Source of the DNA: Mobula hypostoma | Lineage: Eukaryota | NCBI RefSeq assembly: GCF_963921235.1 | Contig: NC_086098.1 | Coordinates: 7,564,001 to 7,628,000, forward strand | Length of the DNA: 64,000 nucleotides | Reading direction: 5' to 3' | Shown here: positions 1-10,789 of the stretch, piece after piece | Numbering within the stretch: position 1 is the first letter of the stretch | Layout of the letters: every line of letters starts with the position of its first letter | Position numbers and translations under genes: made by a program | Notes under the pieces: generated by a model | What the model was told of the DNA's origin: nothing | Databases searched by the model: none | What the model saw: only the letters and a program-made list of their open reading frames with translations

Positions 1-8
1 TGTGCGAG

Positions 9-779
9 ATGTGGGGGTCGCCATCTTCCCTGCACAATGCCACCACGTGTGAGACATGGGGGTCGCCATCTTGCCTGCCGCCATCTTCCCTGCACGCCAC
101 CACCACGTGCGAGACATGGGGGCGGCCATCTTGGTCGGCGCCACCTCCCACCGCCTACGACCAATGGGTGCTCACGGGGCACCCCACCACGCCGGATCAA
201 GACAGCGACCCCACCCTGGCTTCCGTGACCCTCGACCAAAGCGCTCCCCACCAGCTCGCAAGGTCAATGATGGACATCCTGGTGGAGGGGCACAGGACAA
301 GCTGCCTGTTTGACACAGGCAGCACGGAGAGTTTTATCCACCCAGCCACGGTGCAGCATTGTGGACTCATGATACGGCCGGTAAGTCAGAGGGTCACCAT
401 GGCCTCCAGGTCGCATACAACAGACATCCGGGGGGGGGGGGGTTGTGTAGCGACACAAGTGGTGCAGGGCACAGAATATCGGGACTTCATGTTACTGGTC
501 TTGCATCAACTGTGTGCCCCTGTGCTGATGGGGTTGGACTTCCAGAGCCACCTGAAAAGCATGACAATGAAGTATGATGGGCCCCTCCTGCCAATTACTG
601 TCATAAATCCCCTGTTTTGTAGAGATATGTCACGTACCCCACTACTGACCACACACACACCGACCCGCGCATCCCACCCAACATCATGCCAACTGCCACA
701 CTACCAACACCACTTGCGGCCTCTCCACCCTCAGGATCCCTCCCTCACCACTATTCGCCAACCTGACCCCCGACTGTAA
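9..779 (+). CDS. Gypsy gag C-terminal linker plus aspartic protease (partial; frame continues from upstream of the window)
   Basis: Protease catalytic motif LFDTGSTESFI and C-terminal VLMGLDF; the frame loses pol-like character after about 650. Confidence 0.85.
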   Translation: MWGSPSSLHNATTCETWGSPSCLPPSSLHATTTCETWGRPSWSAPPPTAYDQWVLTGHPTTPDQDSDPTLASVTLDQSAPHQLARSMMDILVEGHRTSCLFDTGSTESFIHPATVQHCGLMIRPVSQRVTMASRSHTTDIRGGGGCVATQVVQGTEYRDFMLLVLHQLCAPVLMGLDFQSHLKSMTMKYDGPLLPITVINPLFCRDMSRTPLLTTHTPTRASHPTSCQLPHYQHHLRPLHPQDPSLTTIRQPDPRL

Positions 780-783
780 ACCT

Positions 784-3189
784 GTGGCAACTAAAAGCAG
801 AAGGTACAGCGTGGGGGACCGAGCTTTCATTAAGTCGGAGGTGCAGCGGCTGCTCAGGGAGGGGGTCACTGAGGCTAGCACAAGTCCTTGGAGGGCGCAG
901 GTGGTGGTTGTTCAGAGCGGGGAGAAGAATAGGATGGCCGTGGACTATAGCCAGATCATCAATAGGTTCACGCAGCTTGACACGTACCCTCTACCCCACA
1001 TCGCGGATATGGTCAATCAGATAGCACAGTACAAGGTGTACTCGCCCATAGTCCTAAAATCCGCTTACCATCAGCTCCCCATCCGCCGGGAGGACCGCCC
1101 TTACACTGCCTTCGAGGCGGACGGCAGGCTTTATCAATTCCTGCGCGTCCTCTTTGGTGTCACTAATGGTGTATCTGTCTTCCAGAGGGCAATGGACCAG
1201 ATGGTGGACCAGTGCCAACTGAAGGCCACGTTCCCATATCTGGATAACATCACCATCTGCGGTCACGACCAGCAGGATCACGACAACAACCTCCAAAAAT
1301 TTCTCCAAGCAGCCAAATCCTGCACCTATTTTCTATGTTTCTATAACAAGGACAAGTGTGTATTTGGGACCACCCGACTTGCTATCCTTGGGTGTGTCGT
1401 GGAGAATGGAGTCATTGGCCCTGACCCCGACCGTATGCGCCCCCTGTTGGAACTCCCTCTTCCCAATACCCTCAGAGCCCTCAAAAGGTGCCTGGGCTTC
1501 TTTTCATATTACGCCCAATGGGTCTCTAACTATGCAGACAAGGCCCGCCCCCTGGTCAAGTCCACCACATTCCCCCTCTCTGCCGAGGCCCACGCAGCCT
1601 TCAACTGCATAAAAGGGGACATTGCCAAAGCAACAATGCATGCGGTGGATGAAGCCATTCTCTTCCAAGTGGAGAGTAACGCCTCCGACTTTGCGCTGGC
1701 TGCTACCCTCAACCAGGCAGGAAGACCAGTGGCGTTCTTCTCCCATACCCTTCAAGGCCCTGAAATTTGGCACTCTGCGGTAGAGAAAGAGGCCCAGGCC
1801 ATAGTGGAAGCTATAAGGCACTGGAGGCACTATCTTGCCGGCAAAAGGTTCACCCTGCTAACTGACCAGCGCTCAGTCGCATTCATGTTTAATAATCAGC
1901 AGCGGAGCAAAATCAAAAATGATAAAATTCTGAGGTGGAGAATCGAACTCTCCACCTACAACTATGACATCATGTACAGGCCTGGGAAGCTCAATGAGCC
2001 CTCCGATGCCCTGTCCCGGGGAACATGCACCAGCGCGCAGATCGACCGGCTATACGCCCTACATGTAGACCTTTGCCACCCGGGAGTCACCCGGCTTTTC
2101 CACTTCGTGAAAGCCCGGAACCTGCCTTACTCCCTTGAGGAGATCAGGATGATGACCAGGGACTGCCAAGTCTGCGCAGAGTGCAAACCGCACTTCTACC
2201 GACCCGAAAAGGCACCACTCATCAAGGCCACCCGCCCCTTTGAGCAACTGAGTGTTGACTTTAAGGGCCCCCTTCCCTCCACCGACCGCAATGTGTACTT
2301 TCCTAACGTAATTGACAAGTACTCGCAGTTCCCCTTCGCCATCCTCTGCCCCGACACCACTACCACGTCAGTTATAAAAGCCCTGCGCAAGCTCTTCACT
2401 CTGTTCGGATACCCATGCTATATCCACAGTGACAGAGCGTCCTCGTTTATGAGTGACGAGCTGCGCCAATATCTACTGGCCAGGGGTATTGCAACCAGTA
2501 GGACCACGAGCTCTAATCCCCGGGGGAATGGACAGGTAGAGAAGGAGAATGGCACAGTGTGGAAAGCCACACTCTTAGCCCTCAGGTCAAAGGGACTGCC
2601 GGTCTCCCGCTGGCAGGAGGTCCTTCCCGAGGCACTCCACTCCATCCGCTCCCTGTTATGCACAGCCACCAATGCCACCCCTCATGAGCGGCTCTTTTCT
2701 TTTCCCCGAAAATCGACCACTGGAACCACCCTACCAACTTGGCTGACGTCCCCGGGGCCAGTGCTGCTCCGGAAACATGCGAGGAGCAATAAATACTCCC
2801 CGATAGTCGAGAGGGTTCACTTACTTCATGCAAACCCCCAGTATGCCTACGTGGTTTTACCTGATGGGCGGGAGGACACGATCTCCATCCGCGACCTGGC
2901 GCTCGCAGGAGCTCCGGGCCCCTACCCTGAACACTCCGTGGTGACTATTGACCCCGTACCCACCAATGTATGTACCTATGAGACACCATGCACCCCAAAC
3001 CCTATACAGACACCACACGACACTCCCATACCGGGCGCGACGCACATGCACGAGGGATTACCGACGCCTAACGTGCTGGCACCTGAAGTCAGGCCGGAGC
3101 CAGCACAACCGCCATCGCCGGTGCAATCACCGCTGGTGCTACGTAGATCACAGCGACGGACTCGACTGCCTGATAGACTTAACCTGTAA
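784..3189 (+). CDS. pol: Gypsy pol: reverse transcriptase, RNase H, integrase (frame open from 649)
   Basis: RT motifs SPWRAQVVVV, DYSQIINR, LKSAYHQ, FGVTNG, YLDN; RNase H ES(N)ASD, EKEAQAI, TDQRS; integrase H-HPG...CQVC zinc finger and D,D(35)E (SVDFKGP, HSDRASSF, GQVEKEN). Confidence 0.95.
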   Translation: MATKSRRYSVGDRAFIKSEVQRLLREGVTEASTSPWRAQVVVVQSGEKNRMAVDYSQIINRFTQLDTYPLPHIADMVNQIAQYKVYSPIVLKSAYHQLPIRREDRPYTAFEADGRLYQFLRVLFGVTNGVSVFQRAMDQMVDQCQLKATFPYLDNITICGHDQQDHDNNLQKFLQAAKSCTYFLCFYNKDKCVFGTTRLAILGCVVENGVIGPDPDRMRPLLELPLPNTLRALKRCLGFFSYYAQWVSNYADKARPLVKSTTFPLSAEAHAAFNCIKGDIAKATMHAVDEAILFQVESNASDFALAATLNQAGRPVAFFSHTLQGPEIWHSAVEKEAQAIVEAIRHWRHYLAGKRFTLLTDQRSVAFMFNNQQRSKIKNDKILRWRIELSTYNYDIMYRPGKLNEPSDALSRGTCTSAQIDRLYALHVDLCHPGVTRLFHFVKARNLPYSLEEIRMMTRDCQVCAECKPHFYRPEKAPLIKATRPFEQLSVDFKGPLPSTDRNVYFPNVIDKYSQFPFAILCPDTTTTSVIKALRKLFTLFGYPCYIHSDRASSFMSDELRQYLLARGIATSRTTSSNPRGNGQVEKENGTVWKATLLALRSKGLPVSRWQEVLPEALHSIRSLLCTATNATPHERLFSFPRKSTTGTTLPTWLTSPGPVLLRKHARSNKYSPIVERVHLLHANPQYAYVVLPDGREDTISIRDLALAGAPGPYPEHSVVTIDPVPTNVCTYETPCTPNPIQTPHDTPIPGATHMHEGLPTPNVLAPEVRPEPAQPPSPVQSPLVLRRSQRRTRLPDRLNL

Positions 3190-3243
3190 ATATACTTCTT
3201 GTAAATATTGTCAGTCACTTCACCCCACGGGACTCTTTTTTTT

Positions 3244-3260
3244 AAAAAAGGAGGGGTGAA
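3244..3260 (+). promoter_or_regulatory. Polypurine tract (plus-strand primer) of the Gypsy element
   Basis: AAAAAAGGAGGGGTGAA, preceded by a T-run and directly abutting the LTR start TGTGA. Confidence 0.85.
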
Positions 3261-3491
3261 TGTGATAAACCATGTATATATGTTGTAACTCGGTTACCTG
3301 TCTGGACACACCCCTCTGCTGACTGCCCCTGTGGCTCCTCCCACAGAGTCCTGTATAAAGGTGTTCGCCTTGCCCCTCCCCCTCAGTCCGGGGGCAGACA
3401 CTCACTGTGGAGGTCGTATTGTACAGCGAATAAAAGCCTTTCAGTATTTTTAACCAAACCTCAGTCTTTTGGAGTAATTGAAGGTGCTTCA
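3261..3491 (+). repeat. 3' LTR of the Gypsy element (~231 bp)
   Basis: Starts TG after the PPT, contains TATAAA (~3354) and AATAAA (~3429), ends ...GCTTCA; colinear with 53467-53700. Confidence 0.9.
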
Positions 3492-4215
3492 CATGATGAG
3501 GCCACACTGAGGTTGGAAGAACAGCACCTTAAAATCTGTTTAATAATAATAATAATAATAATAGGCATCCATTAGTCTCGTGAGACCATGGATTTGCACC
3601 TTGGAAGGTTTCCAGGGCGCAGGCCTGGTCCAGGTTGTATGGACTGGCAGTTGCCCATGCTGCAAGTCTCCCCTCTCCACGCCACCGATGTTGTCCAAGG
3701 GAAGGGCACTAGGGCCGATACAGCTTGGCACCAGTTTTGTCATAGAGCAATGTGTGGTTAAGTGCCTTGCTCTGTTTGGGTAGCCTTCAACATGATGGCA
3801 TGAACATCAATTTCTCAAAATTCCAGTAATTCCCCCCACCCCCTCCTTCACCACTTTCCATCCTGTTTTCCCTCTCACCTTGCCCACCTCCCTCTGGTGC
3901 TCCTTCCTGCTCCCCCTTTTCCTTTCTTCCATGGCCTTCTGTCTCTTTCACCAATTAACTTCCCAGCTCTTTACTTCATCCCTCCACCTCTCAGTTTCAC
4001 CTATCACCTGGTGTTTCTCTCTCTCTCCCCTCTTCCCACCCCCCCACCACCTTTTAAAGCTACTCCTCAGCTTCTTTTCTTTAGTCCTGCAGAAGGGTTT
4101 CAGCCTGAAACTTTGGCTGTACTCTTTTCCATAGATGTTGCCTGGCCTGTGAGTTCCCCCAGGATTTTGAGTGTGTTGCTGGGATTTCCAGCACCTGCAT
4201 ATTTTCTCTTGTTTG
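3492..4215 (+). mobile_element. Penelope-like element 3' fragment (GIY-YIG C-terminus plus pseudo-LTR), split by a SINE
   Basis: With the SINE removed it reads HDEATLRLEEQHLKICLGSLQHDGMNINFS; followed by a pyrimidine-rich tract and a degenerate hammerhead-like segment near 4085-4110. Confidence 0.75.
3542..3770 (-). mobile_element. 5'-truncated SINE with (TTA)n tail, same family as 20851-21153
   Basis: Reverse complement of the 3' part of 20851-21153; TSD TCTGTTT at 3535-3541 and 3771-3777. Confidence 0.9.
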
Positions 4216-4740
4216 GGAGATGAGGAGAAATTTCTTTAGCCAGGGGGCGATGAATCTGTGGTGAGAGTTGTGGAATTCGTTGCCACAGGCAGCTGTGGAG
4301 GCCAATCATTGGGTATATTTAAGCAGAGGTTGATAGATTCTTGAGTAGTCAAGGCGTGAAGGGATTGAGGGAGAAGCCAGGAGATTGGGATCAGCCGTGA
4401 TGAAATGGTGGAGCAGGCTCAATGGGAAAATGGCCTAATTCTGCTCCTATATCCTACAGTTTTATTTATCACATGTCTATGGACAAAGACTTTATCCCAG
4501 GGCAGGAGTGGCTAATACAACATGCGTAATTTTCAGGTGAATGGAAGAAAGTATCTGGGAGATGTTACTCAGAGTGGTGGCTGCATAGAATGCTTGCTAG
4601 GGGTGGTGATAGAAGCAGATACATTAGGGGTATTTAAGATGATATAAAATGGTATGTGGGAGGGAACGATTAGATTGATCTTAGAGTTGGTTGTAAGGTT
4701 GGCACAACATTGTTGATTGAAGGGCCTGAACTGTGCTGTA
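4216..4740 (+). mobile_element. Two adjacent degenerate CR1 LINE 3' fragments
   Basis: Similar to the CR1 3' ends at 6650-6920 and 13200-13530 (GAATCTGTGGAATTC, GGCACAACATTGT motifs). Confidence 0.7.
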
Positions 4741-5854
4741 GTGTTCTTGGTTGCATGTACGTCGAAACCTACAGTGAAGTGTGTTGTTTGCATTAAATCA
4801 AATCAGCGAGGATTGTGCTGGGCAGCCCACATTTCTGGCATCAACATAGCAGGCCCACAACTCACTATCCCTAATCGTATATCTTTGGAATATGGGAGTA
4901 AACCAGAGGAAATCCAAACAGCCACAGGAAGAACCTGTAAATTCTTTAGAGATGGTGGTGGGAATCAAAACTTAATCTTATAATACAGCAGACACTGTAA
5001 AGCTGTGCTAACTGCCATGCTACTGACAAGAAACACCGGGATGTAATCATAGTAATTAAGTGGGGCCGTAGAAGGAGCAACTAATTTTAACAACAAGGTA
5101 GATGTGTCTACCTGTTACAAAAAAAACAAATCAAAGCTTCCACTAAAGGAATTTCTTCCACTTCTTTGTCCCATTCCCCAACAAATTGTGCCTTGATTCC
5201 TCATGAAAAGTTTATGGTTTTTTTTTGGTATGAGAATCTCTGGAAGGATTTAAGAACAGAAGACCATAAAGTTTATTGTGTTAGTTATTGAGGGATGGTG
5301 CAGAGCACACCAGGACAGCAGCATGCAGGATATTCAACAAAACTTTATTGACAACCCTACTTGTACAGTATGTGAACTCCTCCTGTGTGGGAGTGGCTAA
5401 CCGAGTGACAGGAATAACTCTCAACTACCACTACAAGGCATAGGAGCAGAATTAGGCTATTTTTCCCCATTGCGTCTGCTCTGCCATTCCATCATGGCTG
5501 ATTTATTACCCATCTCAGCCCCATTCTCCTGCCTGCACCGCAAAACTTTTGATGCCCTGACTAAACAAGAACCTATTGACCTCTGCTTTAAATATAGGTC
5601 AGATTTAATAGTACAAGTTTAATTGTTATTCAACCAAACATGAAAACTCATGAATGCAGCCAAACAAAACAGGATTATTCCAGGGCCAAGGTGCAAAGCA
5701 CAGTATCAGCAGTCATGCACAGCACAAAGGAAGTTAACATATAGTAGCACAAAAATGTATGTACCTAATGACTTGGCCTCCCCAGCAATATGTGCAATGA
5801 ATTCCACAGATTCACCATGCACTGGCTAAAGAAATTCCTCCTCATCTTTGATGG

Positions 5855-6920
5855 AATGGCAGAGTGCTCAAGGAAGAAGCCCAAGAAATAGTGGATGCAT
5901 TAGTGATAATTTTTCAAAACTCTTTAGATTCTGGATTAGTTCCTGAGGATTGGAGGGTGGCTAATGTAACCCCGCTTTTTAAAAAAGGAGGGAGAGAGAA
6001 ACCAGGGAATTATAGACCGGTTAGCCTAACATCAGTGGTGGGGAAACTGCCAGAGTCAGTTAACAAAGATGTGATAACAGCACATTTGGAAAGCGGTGAA
6101 ATCATCGGACAAAGTCAGCATGGATTTGTGAAAGGAAAATCATGTCTGACGAATCTCAATTTTTTGAGGATGTAACTAGTAGGAAAGGGGAGGTGCAACA
6201 AGACCTGGATGTCATTGTACACCAGTTATTGAAAGTGGACGTGCAGGTACAGCAGGCGGTGAAAAAGGTGAATGGTATGCTGGCATTCATAGCAAGAGGA
6301 TTCGAGTACAGGAGCAGGGAGGTACTACTGCAGTTGTACAAGGCCTTGGTGAGACCACACCTGGAGTATTGTATGCAGTTTTGGTCCCCTAATCTGAGGG
6401 GAGATATTCTTGCCATAGAGGGAGTACAAAGTAGTTTCACCAGATTGACTCCTGGGATGGCAGGACTTTCATATGATGAAAGACTGGATCGCCTAGGCTT
6501 ATACTCGTTGGAATTTAGAAGATTGAGGGGGGATCTTATTGAAACGTATAATATTCTAAAGGGATTGGACAGGCTAGATGCAGGAAGATTGTTCCCGATG
6601 TTGGGGAAGTCCAGAACGAGGGGGTCACAGTTTGAAGATAAAGGGGAAGCCTTTTAGGACCGAGATGAGGAAAAACTTCTTTACACAGAGTGGTGAATCT
6701 GTGAATTCTCTGCCACAGTAAACAGTTGAGGCCAGTTCATTGGCTATATTTAAGGGGGAGTTAGATATGGCCCTTGTGGCTAACGGGTTCAGGGGGTATG
6801 GAGAGAGGGCAGGTACAGGGTTCTGAGTTGGAAGATCAGCCATGATCATACTGAATGGTGGTGCAGGCTCGAAGGGCCAAATGGCCTACTCCTGCACCTA
6901 TTTTCTATGTTTCTCTGTTT
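5855..6920 (+). mobile_element. CR1 LINE, 5'-truncated with an internal deletion in RT
   Basis: VPEDWRVANVTPLFKKG...NYRPVSLTS...QHGFVKGKSCLTNL, then LYKALVRPHLEYC...RRLRGDLIETY; ends in a TTCTATGT-type tail. Confidence 0.92.
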
Positions 6921-6949
6921 TGCTACTCTAAATGGATGTCCCTGTCCTT

Positions 6950-8860
6950 TGAACATTCAAACATTAGAAACTCCTTGACAAGAACAGGCCATTCAGCCCA
7001 ACAAAGCTTGCCAAATTCCTAATCACGTAGTGTGTTGAAGTAATTATTGAGTTTAGATCTGAAAGTCCCTAAGGTACTACTCTCAACTACACAACTAGGT
7101 AGTTTGTTCCATGAGTCCACAACTCACTGTAAATAAATGCTTCCTGATGTCTCCCTTTAAACAGTCTCCACCTATGGCCCCATGTCCTTGATGTTGGATT
7201 AATTTTGAAGTAGTAGCTGGCATCCACTGCACCTATACCCTTAATAATTCTGAAAATTTCTATTGTGTCTCCTCTCATTCTACATCTACTTTGGCTAAAA
7301 AGATTTAATTCTTTCAATCTTTCTTCGCAGCTTATACCCTGCAGACCTGGAATGAGTCTCATTGCCCTCCTCTGGACTCCCCAGTCCCTTCACATCCCTC
7401 ACACGATATGGAGACCCAAATGGTATACAGTACTCAAGGTGTGGCCTCACAAGCACATTATAAAGCTTAACAAGAACGTCTCTAGACTTGAACTCCACTG
7501 AGCGCATTATAGAGTCAAACATTCCATTAGCCTTCCTAATCACTTCTGTGCATCGTCTAGATACTGATAGTGATGAGTCTACTGGGACGACCAAATCCTT
7601 CTCAGTGCACTTTCTAACTAAAGACCACTATTGTATATTTATATATAATACTTCAACTTCTTATGTAATATTTTACATTTACATTACATCTGCCATTTAT
7701 CTGCCCACATCTGGATTTTGTTTCGACCCAACTGTTGATTCTGCTGTCTCAATGGTATCAGCCCGTCCCCCTACTTTTGTGTCATCGTCAAACTTTACTA
7801 GTTTATTCGTTATGTGCTTATCCAAATCCTTAATGTAAATTTAAAACAGGAGTGACCACAGAACTGATTCCTGCAGAATCCCACTTTGAACAACTTCTTG
7901 GTGTGAAAATATTCCTCTCACCATAACTCACTGTTTTCGAGTCAATGCTGCACCTATTCGTGCTCCTTACCCTGAATCCCCATCTCCTGTAATTTGATTA
8001 TTAACCTCTCATCAGGTACCTTGTCAAAAGCCTTCTGAAAGTCCAAGTAAATGATATCAACCACTGTTGGCGGAAGGAGAAGATGGCAGCACAACGCAGT
8101 GCACGCAGCTCTCCGGTGAAATGATATTGTACTTGTAAGAAGGATGCTGTGCACAATTCCGATTTGATGGAGACAGATGTGAGAAGCAGAGCAACATCTG
8201 CAGAGAACTTCTGAAATGCCCGGTTCACTGCCACTGCGCGACCGAGAATCTCCGGAGGGAAGGCCTCAAAATCCCTGGCTTTGCCTGCTGCTGGTGGCCG
8301 AGGCTGGGGTCAAAGCATTCGGATAGAGAAGGTGCTCGGTACTCGGTGTCAGAGGGCTGATTAGAGCTCGAAGTTTTCGGACGACTCAGAGTCGGACTGT
8401 GGTTGGGCATGGCAGGAAGAGTTTTTTTCCTTCTCCCATCTGCGTGAGATGTGAGACTTTTGAGAGACTTTGAACTTTAGCCAGTTCTTCATCAAGTTAT
8501 GGTATTGTTGCACTGTTGTAACTATATGTTATAATTATGTGGTTTTTGTTAGTTTTTCAGTCTTGGTCTGTCCTCTGTTTCTGTGATATCACACCAGAGG
8601 AAATATTGTATCATTTCTTAATGCATGCATTACTAAATGACAATAAAAGAGGACTGCATATCCTCAATCTAATAATCTAAATTATTATTGTAAATTTTAA
8701 TTGCCTCTTCATAGAACTTCAGCACATTAGTAAAACATGATTTCCCCTTTCTGAACACATGCTGGCTTTCTGCTAACGTGCCTGTTCTTATCATTCTTTA
8801 TTAAAGTTTCCATTACCTTACCTATGATACACATTAACCTTACTGGTCTATAGTTACCAC
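6950..8860 (-). mobile_element. Degenerate CR1 LINE RT fragment, interrupted by the 8075-8680 element
   Basis: Minus-strand VDIIYLDFQKAFDKVP, LYNVLVRPHLEYC, RMRGDTIEIF; NYRPVRL- and QHVF-like remnants near 8740-8855. Confidence 0.85.
8075..8680 (+). mobile_element. Non-autonomous ~0.6 kb retroposon (AAGATGGC 5' end, (AATCT)n tail), copy 1
   Basis: Colinear with 51753-52437 (+), 57778-58398 (-) and 56680-57068 (-); AATAAA followed by a short tandem tail. Confidence 0.8.
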
Positions 8861-8899
8861 GGTCAGTGCAGTTCAGAGTTCAAGTTCTAGTGAGTCTCA

Positions 8900-9625
8900 T
8901 AGCAGGATCAGAAGTGGAGAGAGTGAGCAGCTTCAAGTTCCTGGGTGTCAAGATCTCTGAGGATCTAACCTGGTCCCAACATATCAATGTAGTTATAAAG
9001 AAGACAAGACAGCAGCTATACTGCATTGGGAGTTTGAAGAGATTTGGCATGTCAACAAATACACTCAAGAACTTCTCCAGATGTACCATGGAGAGCATTC
9101 TGACAGGCTGCATCACTGTCTGGTATGGGGGGTGGCGGGGGGGGGGGGGGGAAAGAGGGTCTACTGCACAGGACCAAAAGAAGCTGCAGAGGGTTGTATA
9201 TTGGGCACTAGCCTACAAAGTACCCAGGACATCTTCAGGGAGCAGTGTCTCAGAAAGGCAGCGTCCATTATTAAGGACCTCCAGCACCCAGGTCATGTCC
9301 TTTTCTCACTGTTACCATCAGATAAGGAGATACAGAAGCCTAAAGGCACACACTCAGCGATTCAGGAACAGCTTCCTCGCCTCTGCTATCCGATTCCCAA
9401 ATGAACATTGAACCCTTGGACACTATCACTTTAAATATACAGTATTTCTGATTTTTGCACTTTAAAATCTATTCAATATACATATACTGTAATTGATTGA
9501 ATTTTTAATTATTTTAATTTAATTTAATTTTTTTTCTCTTCTACGTTATGTATGGCATAGAACTGCTGCTGCTAAGTTAACAAATTTCACGTCACATGCC
9601 GCTGATAATAAACCTGATTCTGATT
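8900..9625 (+). mobile_element. Rex1/Babar-type LINE 3' fragment
   Basis: VERVSSFKFLGVKISEDLTWS...ESILTGCITVWYG...RYRSLKAHTQRFRNSF; tail AATAAACCTGATTCTGATT. Confidence 0.85.
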
Positions 9626-10283
9626 GAGTTCAGAAGTTGAACCCTGATGGTGAATATCCTGGGTCTGCGAGTCACTGAGAAAACCAGGGAGGTTGAAGGC
9701 CTGATGACCATAAATCTTTGAGTCCACTAGAGGCTGGAGACCAGGAGGTGGGCTGCCCCAGGGTTGGAGGTCAGTATGCGTGTGTGCGTGAGTGAGTGAG
9801 TGAGTAGGTGGGAGGGAGGATATGGGCTTCTTTTGGTGCTGTTGTTCCTTTCTGGTTGTTGCTTGTGTTGTTCTACAGAACATGTGGAGATAATTGTGGG
9901 CTTGCTACGTTGACAGCAGGATTTGTGGTAACACTTGCGGGCTGTCCCCAGCACAACACAGGTTCTGTTGGTTATTAATGCAAATGAGGCATGTCACTGC
10001 ATGTTTTGATGTAAATGTGGTAAATAAATGAATCTGATTCTGAAACTGAATCTTCACTCATTTGCTGGAAAGCCCATAAAACTCTCGAGAAGGATTACAA
10101 TCAGATCCTGCCAGCTCCCAATGTTATATCTATTGTGGATAAACGGTGAAACCAGCATGGATCTTGGGAATCATTCTGCAACACTCCCAGACACATGCCT
10201 CTCTATCCAACCTTCTTGAGTAGCTGAAGCCTAGGTTTACAGGCAGTACACAGCTTATAGTCAAGATAACATGGAACTACATA

Positions 10284-10789
10284 CACTCAATGACCACTTT
10301 GTTAGGTACCTCACGTACGACTGTGTGCATGTTCATGGACTTCTGCTGCCGTAGTCTATCCACTTCTAGGTTTGACATGTTGTGCATTCAGAGATGCTCT
10401 TCTGCACACCACTGTGGTAACACATGGTTATTCAAGTTAGTCAGCTTGAACTAATCTGGCCATTCTCCTCTGACCTCTCTCATTAACTGTATGTTTCTTA
10501 CTTTTCACACTATTCTCTGTGAACTCTAGGACTGTTGTGTGTCTGAAAATCCCAGGATATCAGCAGTTTCTGAAGTTCTCAAACCACCTCATCTGACAAC
10601 ACCAATCATTCCACATTCAAAGTCACTTCAATCACATTTCTTCCCCCATTCTGATGTTTGGTCTGAACAACAGCTCTTGACCATGTCTGCATGCTTTTAT
10701 ACATTGAGTTGCTGCCATGTCATTGGCTGATTAGATATTTGCATTATCGAGCAAGTGTCAGGTATACCTAAAATAGTGGCCACTGAGTG
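10284..10789. mobile_element. Tc1/mariner-type non-autonomous DNA transposon (MITE)
   Basis: Imperfect TIRs CACTCAATGACCACTTTGTTAGGTA and TACCTAAAATAGTGGCCACTGAGTG, flanked by TA on both sides. Confidence 0.85.

Larger units (their letters stand above)
1..3491 (+). mobile_element. Ty3/Gypsy LTR retrotransposon, 5' part outside the window (gag end, PR, RT, RNase H, IN, PPT, 3' LTR)
   Basis: Domain order PR-RT-RH-IN, a polypurine tract immediately before a TG...CA LTR, and a related LTR at 53467-53700. Confidence 0.96.

Noticed and set aside
5277..5434. Possible very short solo LTR interrupting a CR1 tail
   Set aside because: It ends in TACA and carries a reverse AATAAA, but no clear TSD or left terminus could be defined.
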